A DNA stretch of 63,515 nucleotides, counting the filler, from an uncultured virus (IMG/VR IMGVR_UViG_2049941000_000851) (Duplodnaviria; Heunggongvirae; Uroviricota; Caudoviricetes). It is 11 parts of one record of this genome, joined end to end, with 100 filler letters (N's around TTAATTAATTAA, not from the genome) between each part and the next. Parts side by side here need not be neighbours in the genome. Positions count along the whole stretch, not along the records: positions 35,933 to 45,903 come from IMGVR_UViG_2049941000_000851; positions 46,004 to 49,052 come from IMGVR_UViG_2049941000_000851; 9 more parts are not named here. One strand, 5' to 3'. How positions within the stretch are numbered: position 1 is the first letter of the stretch; the number at the start of each line of letters is the position of its first letter. Of this stretch, positions 35,933 to 47,640 are shown one piece after another. Below the pieces are notes generated by a model that worked only from the letters and a program-made list of their open reading frames with translations, did not search any database and was not told the DNA's origin. The position numbers and the translations under genes were made by a program.

Positions 35933-36477
35933 TCGTCTTCGGTATCGAAGTCGTCCTCAGCCCGGCTGCGGCTGCCCAGTGGCTCACCGTCGCGGATCTT
36001 CTGCAGGTTGTTCAGGCCGCAGGCGATGCCCCGGTTGCCGTTGCTGTTGAAGGCATACAGCGTGATGCTGGCCCGGCCGTAGACGCCGGAGTACACCTCG
36101 GAACGTTCGAGAATGGGTTGACGGTCGGCGTCCACGATTCCAGGCGCGGTGCTGCTGTTGGCGTTGATGAACATGCACCCTGCATATGTGGGATCGCCCT
36201 TGCGCTCCTTGTCGCCATCGCGAAGCGGGATTTTTATGTCCTCGAGCGCAGGCATGTACTTGCTGGTGCCTTTCAGCTTGCTCTGGCCTTCCTCGTACGC
36301 GGCGCGTATAGCGTTGTTGATCTTCTCGATGGTCGCGGTATCCGTTTTCGGAATGATCAGGGAGATGGAGAACTTGGGTGTCCCGCCGTTTATGGAGCGG
36401 GCCTCCCACACGTTTGCGTAGGACCAGCGGGTGTTGGGACCGGTTATTACTTTGCAGGGATTTACGAACTTACTCAT
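35933..36477 (-). CDS. DUF2815 phage ssDNA-binding protein
   Basis: TRWSYANVWE, PLRDGD, VYSGVYGR, GLNNLQKIRDGEPLG, acidic tail. Confidence 0.9.
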
Positions 36478-36491
36478 GGATGGTATCCTCC

Positions 36492-37754
36492 TCAAAATCG
36501 TTTTTCGCTGTAGTCATGGCCGGACGCTTGTCNNNNNNNNNNNNNNNNNNNNNNNNGATAGTGCGTGCCTGAGACTGCCTGCCGCAGCGCATACTCCTTC
36601 ACGTCACCGCCCCACGCGATCAGCTCATCGATCCGGGGCAGGATTGCGGCGATCTCGTCATTGGTGAGTTCGGACGGAACCTCAAAGTCATACCGGGCCA
36701 TCTCCAGGTTGTACTCCGTNNNNNNNNNNNNNNNNNNNNNNNNNNNNNNNNNNNNNNNNNNNNNNNNNNNNNNNNNNNNNNNNNNNNNNNNNNNNNNNNN
36801 NNNNNNNNNNNNNNNNNNNNNNNNNNNNNNNNNNNNNNNNNNNNNNNNNNNNNNNNNNNNNNNNNNNNNNNNNNNNNNNNNNNNNNNNNNNNNNNNNNNN
36901 NNNNNNNNNNNNNNNNNNNNNNNNNNNNNNNNNNNNNNNNNNNNNNNNNNNNNNNNNNNNNNNNNNNNNNNNNNNNNNNNNNNNNNNNNNNNNNNNNNNN
37001 NNNNNNNNNNNNNNNNNNNNNNNNNNNNNNNNNNNNNNNNNNNNNNNNNNNNNNNNNNNNNNNNNNNNNNNNNNNNNNNNNNNNNNNNNNNNNNNNNNNN
37101 NNNNNNNNNNNNNNNNNNNNNNNNNNNNNNNNNNNNNNNNNNNNNNNNNNNNNNNNNNNNNNNNNNNAAGGCTAACTGTGCTGTTGGTAGAAGAACAGTC
37201 TCTGCCCACTTCAGTAGGTCAGCCTTGCTCATTTCGAAGGTAGATACACTTTCCCGTCTCGGCTGAAAGATGCTCATCCTTATCGTGCGGACATCATAGA
37301 TTCCGTCGAAGGCTTCCAGGAGGCCCAATGTGTAGCACATCATTTGCGGATTGCGTTCTGCGCTCACCAGGATGCCTACACCGTATTTCAGGTCAATCAC
37401 GTGAAGCACATCGTCCGCCACGATGCAGGTATCCCCGGTTCCGAAACCTTCAGGCACCCAGCGGGAGAAGTCCAGCCGCTGTTCCACCAGTACGATGGGA
37501 TCGGCGCAGTGCTTCTTTGCTTCAGCCAGCTGCTCCATCACAAAGGCGCAGTAGGCATCCGTGCAGTCGGCCATCTCCTGATCGAAAAACTCCAGGCTCC
37601 CGGTCAGGTCTTTTGCGTCCATGCCCAGAGCCTTCATCACCTTATAAGCGGCAAGGCTGTGTGCTTCCGTGCCCTGCTGGGCATAAGGCGATGTTCTGTC
37701 AGGATGCGCCGCGCAGAGTTTTGCGCTGGGCGGGCAGGCCAGCCAGCGATGGCT
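36492..37754 (-). CDS. DUF2800 (Cas4/RecB-like) nuclease, gapped
   Basis: WLACP, EQRLDFS, GFGTGD, IDLKYG, NPQMMCY. Confidence 0.85.
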   Translation of the reverse strand, partial: SHRWLACPPSAKLCAAHPDRTSPYAQQGTEAHSLAAYKVMKALGMDAKDLTGSLEFFDQEMADCTDAYCAFVMEQLAEAKKHCADPIVLVEQRLDFSRWVPEGFGTGDTCIVADDVLHVIDLKYGVGILVSAERNPQMMCYTLGLLEAFDGIYDVRTIRMSIFQPRRESVSTFEMSKADLLKWAETVLLPTAQLAXXXXXXXXXXXXXXXXXXXXXXXXXXXXXXXXXXXXXXXXXXXXXXXXXXXXXXXXXXXXXXXXXXXXXXXXXXXXXXXXXXXXXXXXXXXXXXXXXXXXXXXXXXXXXXXXXXXXXXXXXXXXXXXXXXXXXXXXXXXXXXXXXXXXXXTEYNLEMARYDFEVPSELTNDEIAAILPRIDELIAWGGDVKEYALRQAVSGTHYXXXXXXXXXQASGHDYSEKRF

Positions 37755-37853
37755 NNNNNNNNNNGACGCTGATTGCTATCAGCACGTCGATCAGCTCCTG
37801 CTCTTCGGCAGCTGTATTTGCCGTGTTCTCCATCGCGTGAACCTCCTTTCACT

Positions 37854-38096
37854 GGCTATGTAGCCAACTGGGTAGTTTTTCCGGTCTCCGGAAAACTTTT
37901 TTTGAAGGGGCGCTGTGTTTTCGCCCTCTCATCGGCTATGTAGCCAAAGAAGCCGAGTTTCCGGTATGCCATCAAAAAAATACAGGCGTCACGGTTCATG
38001 TACCGCGACGCCGTTTTTATAAATCGGAAGTCGTTTGACGAAACAAAAGTAAATCTCCATGCTGACCGGAAAAATCGTGTGCATGGCTACATAGCC
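37854..38096. promoter_or_regulatory. Three copies of bipartite motif ACCGG-N14-TGGCTACATAGCC at a divergent gene junction
   Basis: 37854-37885 and 37934-37965 on minus, 38065-38096 on plus; identical spacing. Confidence 0.75.
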
Positions 38097-38180
38097 GGTA
38101 GAGAGGCCAATCCATCCTCTACTATCACACGAAAGGAGCTATTTGCGCATGAATTTGAAAAGAAATGGAGGTGCAGTCAG

Positions 38181-41076
38181 ATGACGCGTGAGCTGAAAAT
38201 AGCTCTCGGCCGCAGCGCTGACGCCCTTAAATGGACGAACAGCACGATCAGCTGGGAAGAGCTCTGTCAAAAGCTGAAGTCCACGATACGAACGCGCGAG
38301 ACGGTCGAACAGTATCACGCCATGAGCCGCGATGAGAAGGAGAAGATAAAAGACATCGGCGGCTTCGTCGGCGGGCATCTGAAGAACGCAAGACGTTTGG
38401 CGAAGAATGTGATATGCCAGTCACTGCTTACGCTCGACTCAGATTCAGCGGACACAGGTTTTCTGAAGAGGTTTCTCAGCCAGTGCAGATACGCGGCTGT
38501 GGTCTACACCACGCACGGACACACACCCGAAGCCCCCAGGTACAGGATAGTAATCCCCTTCGAGGAGGACATCACTCCGGACTGCTACAACGCGGTCGCC
38601 AGATACTATGCTGCCCAGTGGGGCATCGATCAGTTTGATGTGTGTTCCTACAAGGTCAACCAGCTGATGTACTGGCCGTCGACGCCATCTGATGGTGAGT
38701 ATATCTGCGAGGTAATTGACGGCCCCTTCTTAAACGCCATGGATTTCCTTGCTGCATATCCGGACTGGCGGGATATTTCGAAGCTGCCGACTGCCAGCAA
38801 GGAAAAGCCGCTGCGAGCCTCTGATGGCAGAAAACAGGAAGACCCGCTCACCAAAAGCGGTATCGTCGGAGCATTCTGCCGCACCTACACTATCNNNNNN
38901 NNNNAAGCGCCTTCATCACCTTATAAGCGGCAAGGCTGTGCGCCTCCGTACCCTGCTGGGCATATGGCGATGTGGTATCAGGATGCGCCGCGCAGAGCTT
39001 AGCGCTGGGCGGACAGGACAGCCAGCGGTGGCTGGAGGAAGCGGATAGTAAAGCATGATCAGGCATGAAACTTTTGCGCCTCCTCCGCCAAGGCCGGATA
39101 GCGCGCCGGGTCGATGTCCGTCAGGCTACCGCCGTTTGCGTACTTCTTGACCAGTGCTTTGGCTTCTTCTCGGAAGCCAGCCTGCGAGAGATCCGCCAGC
39201 AGCGCCCGAATTTCTTCTTTTGTGTACGTCTTCGATGTTGTTACTTCCGGGGCTTCTTCCTGCTTTCCTGTGTCAGGCGCTTCCTGTTCGTTGGGCGCGA
39301 AGCAGGCTTGCACATGGGCCACTGCCCGTATCAACTCTTCTCCGCACCCGACCAGTTGTTTTCCTACTTCATTCAGGTTGTCCAGTGTCATTGCCAGTTC
39401 GCTCATTTTGCTCATGATTTGACTCCTTTCTCTGTTTTTCNNNNNNNNNNCTTCCCTGAAGGAAGGCCGCTATGATTACATCCCCGGCGAAGGCACAGCG
39501 GGCGTCGTGATCTATGATGACAAGTTTGCCTACAGCCATCACGCGACAGATCCGGCGGGCGGAAAACTGCTTAACGCCTTCGATCTTGTCCGGCTGCACC
39601 GGTTCGGTGATGAGGAGGGATCGTTCCAGCAAATGTGCGCATTGGCTGAAGAGGATGAAGCGGTCAGCAAAATGCTGCAGGCTGAGAGGATCGAACAGGC
39701 ACAGAAGGATTTCGAAGAAGTGTCCTCCTCATGGGAGGAGCCGATTCCCTTTGGCAAACATACTATTACCGCATTTCCTGTAGACGCGCTGCCCCGTGTT
39801 CTGGCGGACTACGTAAACGCCTACTCTGAAAGCATTCAGGTGCCGCCAGACATGGTAGGCTGCAGCGTTCTTAGCACAGATGGTANNNNNNNNNNNNNNN
39901 NNNNNNNNNNNNNNNNNNNNNNNNNNNNNNNNNNNNNNNNNNNNNNNNNNNNNNNNNNNNNNNNNNNNNNNNNNNNNNNNNNNNNNNNNNNNNNNNNNNN
40001 NNNNNNNNNNNNNNNNNNNNNNNNNNNNNNNNNNNNNNNNNNNNNNNNNNNNNNNNNNNNNNNNNNNNNNNNNNNNNNNNNNNNNNNNNNNNNNNNNNNN
40101 NNNNNNNNNNNNNNNNNNNNNNNNNNNNNNNNNNNNNNNNNNNNNNNNNNNNNNNNNNNNNNNNNNNNNNNNNNNNNNNNNNNNNNNNNNNNNNNNNNNN
40201 NNNNNNNNNNNNNNNNNNNNNNNNNNNNNNNNNNNNNNNNNNNNNNNNNNNNNNNNNNNNNNNNNNNNNNNNNNNNNNNNNNNNNNNCGTATACTGGAAA
40301 AACGCATGCGGGCAATCGAAGACAAAGCCGCCAAAGGCAATGCGGATAACGGAGAGGTTGAGCGCATTGCGCAGGAGCTCGCTGAATTTGTGGAGGAAAA
40401 GCCCATACGCCTGTATGTGGATGATATTACGACCGAAAAGCTTGTATCCACTATGTCTTCAAACAACGGACGGGCGGCGCTGGTTTCCAGTGAGGGCGGC
40501 ATTTTCGATACGCTAGCAGGCATCTATACACACAACGTCAATATCGATGTTATGTTGAAAGGCTATTCCGGCGACACAATCCGTGTCGACCGTATCGGTA
40601 GGGAGAGCGAAAGCGTCATGCACCCGACGCTCACGATATTGCTCATGACCCAGCCAAAGGTGATCTCGGATGTTCTGAGCAACGTGACTTTCCGGGGACG
40701 CGGTCTGACCGCCCGCTTTCTGTACTGCATGCCCAGTTCATCAGTGGGAAAACGCAGATTCCAGAGTGAAACTGTGCCGGCTGATGTGTATACGCGATAT
40801 GAAAGGAAGATGGTTGATATGCTTGAGGAAGAATATCCAAAAAAGCCTGAAGTGATCACGCTGTCTTCTGAGGCGTCGCGCCTTCTGACCGATTTCGCTG
40901 AGGAGATCGAGCCGAAGATTAAAACGGAGTATGCGGAGATAGCCGACTGGGTCGGCAAGCTTGTCGGCAATACACTGCGTATCGCGGGACTCCTCTGCCG
41001 CGCAAGTGTGTTCCGTGCGCCCGAGTTCCTGACGGTGAACGAGCCGCTGATCGTGTCCGATGAAACGATGGCAAAC
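38181..41076 (+). CDS. Primase N-domain fused to DUF3987 (YfjI-like) helicase; second allele fragment at 31041-31474
   Basis: KDIGGFVGG, YTTHGHTPEAPRYR, YSHHATDP, LNAFDLVR, then DDITTEKL, SSEGG, RVDRIGR, GRGLTARF. Confidence 0.8.
39059..39415 (-). CDS. Conserved phage early hypothetical protein
   Basis: MSKMSEL..., TKEEIRALLA...LTDIDPARYPAL; directly upstream of a DUF2800 start. Confidence 0.7.
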   Translation of the reverse strand: MSKMSELAMTLDNLNEVGKQLVGCGEELIRAVAHVQACFAPNEQEAPDTGKQEEAPEVTTSKTYTKEEIRALLADLSQAGFREEAKALVKKYANGGSLTDIDPARYPALAEEAQKFHA

Positions 41077-42001
41077 NNNNNNNNNNNNNNNNNNNNNNNN
41101 NNNNNNNNNNNNNNNNNNNNNNNNNNNNNNNNNNNNNNNNNNNNNNNNNNNNNNNNNNNNNNNNNNNNNNNNNNNNNNNNNNNNNNNNNNNNNNNNNNNN
41201 NNNNNNNNNNNNNNNNNNNNNNNNNNNNNNNNNNNNNNNNNNNNNNNNNNNNNNNNNNNNNNNNNNNNNNNNNNNNNNNNNNNNNNNNNNNNNNNNNNNN
41301 NNNNNNNNNNNNNNNNNNNNNNNNNNNNNNNNNNNNNNNNNNNNNNNNNNNNNNNNNNNNNNNNNNNNNNNNNNNNNNNNNNNNNNNNNNNNNNNNNNNN
41401 NNNNNNNNNNNNNNNNNNNNNNNNNNNNNNNNNNNNNNNNNNNNNNNNNNNNNNNNNNNNNNNNNNNNNNNNNNNNNNNNNNNNNNNNNNNNNNNNNNNN
41501 NNNNNNNNNNNNNNNNNNNNNNNNNNNNNNNNNNNNNNNNNNNNNNNNNNNNNNNNNNNNNNNNNNNNNNNNNNNNNNNNNNNNNNNNNNNNNNNNNNNN
41601 NNNNNNNNNNNNNNNNNNNNNNNNNNNNNNNNNNNNNNNNNNNNNNNNNNNNNNNNNNNNNNNNNNNNNNNNNNNNNNNNNNNNNNNNNNNNNNNNNNNN
41701 NNNNNNNNNNNNNNNNNNNNNNNNNNNNNNNNNNNNNNNNNNNNNNNNNNNNNNNNNNNNNNNNNNNNNNNNNNNNNNNNNNNNNNNNNNNNNNNNNNNN
41801 NNNNNNNNNNNNNNNNNNNNNNNNNNNNNNNNNGAAAAAACAAAGGCGTAGCCCCCGTAGATACGATATAAAAGGATCGTCCATGAGCGTGAAAGAGTAT
41901 CTGAACCGGGCTTACAGGCTTGAAACGAACATAAATAATAAGATCGATCAGCTCAAGCATTTGAAAGCCTTGTCGAAACGTGTGACTGCCGNNNNNNNNN
42001 N

Positions 42002-42970
42002 TTCAAAAGCTGGCATGCTAAACGATTCAAGAGCCTTATGAAAGTGCGTCCACGCGTGAAGCGCATTGTGGGACTGACAGGCACGCCCAGCAGTAACGGA
42101 CTTATGGATCTGTTTGCAGAGTTCAAATTGCTGGATATGGGCAAAAGGCTGGGCAGGTTCATAGGACAGTACCGAAACGCGTTTTTCACGCCTGAGCGGA
42201 TGAACGGACCGATCGTGTACAGCTATAAGACTCTGCCCGGCGCGGAAGAGGAAATCTACCGCAGGATCGGCGACATCACGATCAGCATGAAGGCATGCGG
42301 TCAACTTCGGATGCCGGAGCTCATCACCACGAATTATGAGGTCGAAATGTCTTTCTCGGAGATAAGGCAGTACGCGAAAATGAAGCGTGAGCTGATGTTG
42401 TCCCTTCCGGACGGAGAAGTGACCGCAAGCAACGCGGCTGTGCTGACGGGCAAGCTCCTGCAGCTGTCGAGCGGCGCGATCTACGCAGATGACGGGAGCG
42501 TGATGCGCATTCATGACCGGAAGCTGGACGCGCTGGAGGACATTATCGAGGGCATGAACGGAAAGCCGCTGCTGGTAGCGTACTGGTTTAAACACGATTA
42601 CGAACGTATCGCAAAGCGGCTGACTAAACTGGGCATCGCCTTTGAACGCCTTGAGTCCGAAGCTTCGATGCGGCGCTGGAATGCCGGGCAGATACAGGTA
42701 GCGCTCGCGCACCCAGCATCCACCGGTCACGGGCTTAACCTGCAGGAAGGTGGCAGCACCATCTGCTGGTTCACGCCTACCTGGTCGCTTGAGTTGTACC
42801 AGCAGATGAACGCGCGGCTTTACCGTCAGGGGCAAACGGCCGATACGGTTGTGATCATGCACATCGTGACGAAAGACACTGTAGATTCGAGAGTATTGAA
42901 GGCACTGTCGGAGAAGGACAGGATTCAGGAAGCGCTTATAGAGGCTGTGAAAGCGGAGGTAAAAGCGTAA
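42002..42970 (+). CDS. SNF2-type helicase, C-terminal part
   Basis: GLTGTP, HPASTGHGLNLQ, QMNARLYRQGQ. Confidence 0.92.
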   Translation, partial: FKSWHAKRFKSLMKVRPRVKRIVGLTGTPSSNGLMDLFAEFKLLDMGKRLGRFIGQYRNAFFTPERMNGPIVYSYKTLPGAEEEIYRRIGDITISMKACGQLRMPELITTNYEVEMSFSEIRQYAKMKRELMLSLPDGEVTASNAAVLTGKLLQLSSGAIYADDGSVMRIHDRKLDALEDIIEGMNGKPLLVAYWFKHDYERIAKRLTKLGIAFERLESEASMRRWNAGQIQVALAHPASTGHGLNLQEGGSTICWFTPTWSLELYQQMNARLYRQGQTADTVVIMHIVTKDTVDSRVLKALSEKDRIQEALIEAVKAEVKA

Positions 42971-43321
42971 TGGAAACCGAGAAAGAGATATTCAGGGATC
43001 TTTGGAATTACCTGANNNNNNNNNNCACAGCCGCAACGTCGGCTCCATGGAGGACGCGGTTATCCGGATCATGGAAGCGGAAACCGCGCTCACCGCCCAG
43101 ATCGATAAGCTCGTGGATGTGCGAAAGGAGATTCAGGAGACCATTGATCTTGTAGCGGACAAAGATTGCCAGACCCTCCTAAACCTCCGGTACATGGGCA
43201 TGAACGCGTGGGACGATATCTGCGGCAAGATGGAAATGAGCGGCACTCATGTGTTCAGACTTCACAGGACGGCCCTCTCTATGGTTGAGACGGTACTGAA
43301 AACACAAGGGAGGATCGCCGT

Positions 43322-43750
43322 ATGAGCACCAGGGAAATAGTGTCGCTGAACAGCCTCCAGGTGTATAACCTCGCCAAGGCAGTTGCTGGAAAGTACGGTT
43401 TGCGAAAACCTGATTATGGGGTGTTGCGCAGAGAGATGTTCGGCAAATATCCGCAGCCTGTCATTCTGGACAATCACAGCGGAAGACTCTGGGTCGACAG
43501 GTATTACGTAGCTTATCAGCTGAGCGGCTCTCCCGAAGTCAAATATGTGTATGCAGCAAAACATCATATCCTCGAAGAAATGGCTTCTTACAGGACGGCG
43601 GCGAAGCGTGAAGACACCATGTATACCATACCGGAAGAGATCGCCCGGCAATTCAGGATTATTCGTCAGAAGATGTATGCGTCAGGCACAGAAATATGGG
43701 TAGACTCCGATGAAGATTCATGCGGAATTAACACAAGAAAGGCAGTTTGA
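43322..43750 (+). CDS. Hypothetical protein (second copy 44698-45006)
   Basis: Conserved in both element copies, start overlaps regulator stop. Confidence 0.65.
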   Translation: MSTREIVSLNSLQVYNLAKAVAGKYGLRKPDYGVLRREMFGKYPQPVILDNHSGRLWVDRYYVAYQLSGSPEVKYVYAAKHHILEEMASYRTAAKREDTMYTIPEEIARQFRIIRQKMYASGTEIWVDSDEDSCGINTRKAV

Positions 43751-44269
43751 CAGTTAATGGCAGTTAAGGTAGTGGTACAATGCTACCATGTTGAAGAATA
43801 CGGAAAGGGCTTTGCTGAGAAGCGGGGCCTTTTCTCTTTGGAGGAAACAGCATGTTTGAGAAAGTGAATCCCTCTCACCCCGATAAAATTGCCGACCGGA
43901 TCGCTGGCGCACTCGTTGACCTGGCTTACAGAAAAGCGGCGGACCCTCGCATCGCGGTGGAGGTGCTGATAGGCCACGGCGTGTGCAACATCATTTGCGA
44001 GACTTCGGTCAGGCTACCGGAAAAGGAAGTGTACAAAGCCGTTCGACGGATCGCCGGGAATGTGTACGTTAATCTTCGTCAGCTGCCCCAGGACGAAAAG
44101 CTCGCCGCCAATCAGAAAGGACGACTGCGCTGCGGCGACAACGGTATATTCTGTGGCTANNNNNNNNNNCACCGCGGGACAGGCGATAGCGAACGTCATG
44201 CGTGAAGAGAAAAAGCAGAGACGCGCCGGAAGACGCAGCCCGCGCAGATTTGACTTCAACGGATCTGTC

Positions 44270-44701
44270 ATGAGCGCGAAAGAGTACCTGAACCGCGCTT
44301 ACAGGCTGGATACGGACATAAACAATAAGATCGATCAGCTTAAACATCTGAAAGCGCTGTCAAAACGCGTGACCGCCGCCTACGGAACCGAAGTTGTGTC
44401 GCACAGCCGCAACGTCGACTCCATGGAGGATGCGGTGATCAGGATCGTGGAGGCTGAAGCCGCGCTCACTGCCCAGATCGATAAACTCGTGGATGTGCGT
44501 AAGGAAATACAGGAAACCATTGATCTCGTGGCGGACAAGGACTGTCAGACCCTCCTCAATCTCCGGTACATGGGCATGAACGCCTGGGATGATATCTGCG
44601 GTAAGATGGAAATGAGCGGCACGCATGTGTACAGGCTGCACAGAACAGCCCTCTCCATGGTGGAGACAGTGCTGAAAACGCAAGGAAGGATCGCGGTATG
44701 A
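44270..44701 (+). CDS. DUF1492/RinA-ArpU-like late regulator (other copies 41883-41991, 43026-43325)
   Basis: AKEYLNRAYRLD...LLNLRY...WDDIC...HRTAL. Confidence 0.75.
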   Translation: MSAKEYLNRAYRLDTDINNKIDQLKHLKALSKRVTAAYGTEVVSHSRNVDSMEDAVIRIVEAEAALTAQIDKLVDVRKEIQETIDLVADKDCQTLLNLRYMGMNAWDDICGKMEMSGTHVYRLHRTALSMVETVLKTQGRIAV

Positions 44702-45109
44702 GCGCAAGAGAGATAGCGTCACTGAACAGTCTGCAGGTGTACAACCTCGCCAGGACTGTTGCGGGAAAGTACGGTTTGAGAAAGCCGGACTATGGTATGC
44801 TGCGCAGAGAGATGTTCGGCAAATATCCGCAGCCGGTGATCCTTGACAGCCACAGCGGACGACTCTGGATCGACAGGTACTACGTGGCTTATCAGCTGAG
44901 CGGCTGCCCNNNNNNNNNNCGCCAGAAGATGCGCGCATCCGGTACGGATATTTGGGTAGATCACGATGAAGATTCACAGGGAATTAACACAAAAAGGGCA
45001 GTCTGACAGTTAATGGCAGTTAAGGTAGTGGTATTATGCTATCATGTTGAAAAATACGGAGAGGGCTCTGCTGAACAGCGGGGCCCTTTCTCTGTGCAGG
45101 AGGCAAAGC

Positions 45110-45903
45110 ATGTTTGAAAAAGTAAATCCGTCGCACCCGGATAAAATCGCAGACAGAATAGCCGGCGCGCTGGTGGATATGGCTTATCGCAAAGCCAGGA
45201 ACCCGCGCATCGCCGTGGAAGTCCTGATCGGCCACGGTGTGTGCAACATCATCTGCGAGACCTCGGTCAGGCTACCAGAGAAGGAAGTGTACAAGGCTGT
45301 CCACAGGATCGCCGGGAATGTGTATGTAAACCTGAGACAACTGCCCCAGGATGAAAAACTAGCCGCCAACCAAAAGAGCCGGCTGCGCTGCGGAGATAAC
45401 GGCATCTTCTGCGGTTATCCCGTGACGCACGAACAGAAGCTGCTCACTTGTATTGCTCGCAGGCTGTATCATGTATTCCCGCATGACGGGAAGTACATCC
45501 TCGACGGCGGCAGGCTTATCATCTGCCAGAGCAACGCGCGCACAGACGATCTGAAAAAGCTGTATCCCCGGGCGGAGATCAATCCCCTTGGCGACTGGAC
45601 AGGCGGCACGGATGTGGATACCGGCGCGGTCAACCNNNNNNNNNNCCCGCGAGCAGAAGGTGCTCGCCTGCATTGCCCGCAGGCTGTATCATACGTTCCT
45701 TTGCGATGGAAAATGCATTCTCGACGGCAAACGGCTGATCATCTGCCAGAGCAACGCGGCAACGGAAGACATCGAAGAAATGTATCCCGAAGCGGAGGTT
45801 AATCCCTTGGGCGACTGGACAGGCGGTACGGATGTAGATACCGGCGCGGTCAACCGGAAGCTTGGCAGCGATATGGGCGATTCGGTTACCGGCGGTGGAC
45901 TGC
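45110..45903 (+). CDS. metK: Phage-type S-adenosylmethionine synthetase (second copy from 43852)
   Basis: EKVNPSHPDKIADRI, CGDNG, DGK, INPLGDWTGG, DTGAVNRKL. Confidence 0.88.
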
Positions 45904-46182
45904 NNNNNNNNNNNNNNNNNNNNNNNNNNNNNNNNNNNNNNNNNNNNTTAATTAATTAANNNNNNNNNNNNNNNNNNNNNNNNNNNNNNNNNNNNNNNNN
46001 NNNAATTCGGGGTCGACTTCTTTGCACCAGCGTTCCCGGCGTTCCGGGCTGATCTGCAGGGCCTGGGTCAGGAGATCCTCCTTGGCGTTGATGATGTTCA
46101 CCAGGTTACGTAAGGTCTTAGGGGTGTGGTTTCCAAGGCCGATGTGCACGTGGATGCCGCAGGAGGAGTGTGNNNNNNNNNN

Positions 46183-46541
46183 ACGGCAAATACCGTTACG
46201 TCTGGTTGTATAAATGCCGTGCAAATCTCATTACAGAAAGTTACGAAACGAAAAAAGGGCCGTCGCATTCGCGTCAGGAACCGGAGATCGAATTTGAAGC
46301 GCTCAGGCTTCGAAGCAGCGGCGTGTACCAGGCTGTAGCGGATGAGGATCGTACGAGACCGGACATTGCGTGGACTTTCCTGTCGAACGTATACGGTTAC
46401 CGTGGCGACTGTTCGCTGGTTCTGGACGCGGTCCATTACCGGGTAAGCAGAAACAATACGGCGCTGCTATTGGATTCCGACGAATCCGCGGTTTACAGGG
46501 TTACCGGCCTAGGCAGCGCTATCATCATAACTACAGCATAG
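46183..46541 (+). CDS. phi13-like major tail domain with C-terminal extension (fragment)
   Basis: GKYRYVWLYKCRA...YQAVADED aligns with GKFRFVWLYKVRA...YQAVADE at 59820-59985. Confidence 0.65.
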
Positions 46542-46555
46542 ACAGGAGGCAGAAC

Positions 46556-47640
46556 ATGGCAGTATATGACCGCGTCACGATCGATGGTATTACAAAGCTT
46601 CTGGCAGACGGAGCGAACCTTTCCGGGTACACCGAAGTATCTTCTGTCGCCGCTTATACCCACGCGGCAGGGAGCTGCTTCACGCTTAACGGGCTTTTGT
46701 ACAAAGCAACGGTCACGATCAGCGAAGGCAGCGATATTATTGAGCACACAAACTGTGAAAGAGCCTACGTTGCAGATGCCATATCGGACGTTGAGGAGAA
46801 TACAAATAAGAAACTTGCAGGTTTTATTACCGACATCGGAACGCTTAACGGCGTGATCTTCGAGCGCGGCATAAATCTTTACGACCCCAGTCTCCAGACG
46901 CCGGAGACCATCTCGCCGCACTACTACGTGAACGGCGTTCCCTACTCTTCGACCCAGTTCGACAACGCCTATAACTGCACCGCGCTCATACCGATAGAGC
47001 CGAACACCACATACACGATCGGGCTGATCGGCAGCAGCCTGACCAATCCGTGGGGCAGCGCCACCCAGCGCGGCTGGAGCTACGACGCCAACGGCGACTA
47101 TATCTCCGGAAGCAACTGGCAGAGCAACACCTTCACCACGCCCGCAAACGCGGCGTTCATACGCTTCAACTACTACATTTCGGGCGGCATGGTGACGCTC
47201 GACACGCTCAAAAACAAGTGCATGCTGGTAAAGGGCGACACGCTGCCGGAGCAGTACTCGCCCTACGTGGCGCCCCGGACGCTGAGGGACGACGTGGAAG
47301 ACCTGGAAGACGCGCTGGACGAGGCCGACCTGCCGGGCATGGAAACGGACATACAGACCGCGCTGGCGAAAGCCACCGCGCCGCTGCGGGCCATAGTCAA
47401 CGCGGACGGCACCGCCGTGACNNNNNNNNNNAACGGGCTTGTGGACTTCCGTACCTTCGCGCTGATCAGCAACAGCGCGGAAGAGCTTTCTGCGGACGCT
47501 GAGGATGCTGTGGAATTCTTCTCCACCTCTAGCGACTGGCACGCGCCGTTCATAGTAAAGGCAAAGGAGAACGGAGACGGCGGGCATCCCGACAGCGAGT
47601 ACTTTACCGGCGGCTCCCACCAGTACAACAACAGCGGCAG
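46556..47640 (+). CDS. Putative tail fibre/receptor-binding protein (truncated)
   Basis: LNGLLYKATVTI, INLYDP...EPNTTYTI...FTTPANAAFIRF carbohydrate-binding-like segments. Confidence 0.5.

Noticed and set aside
36492..37754. Cas4-like nuclease suggesting CRISPR
   Set aside because: DUF2800 phage recombination gene; no repeat-spacer array or other cas genes in the window.
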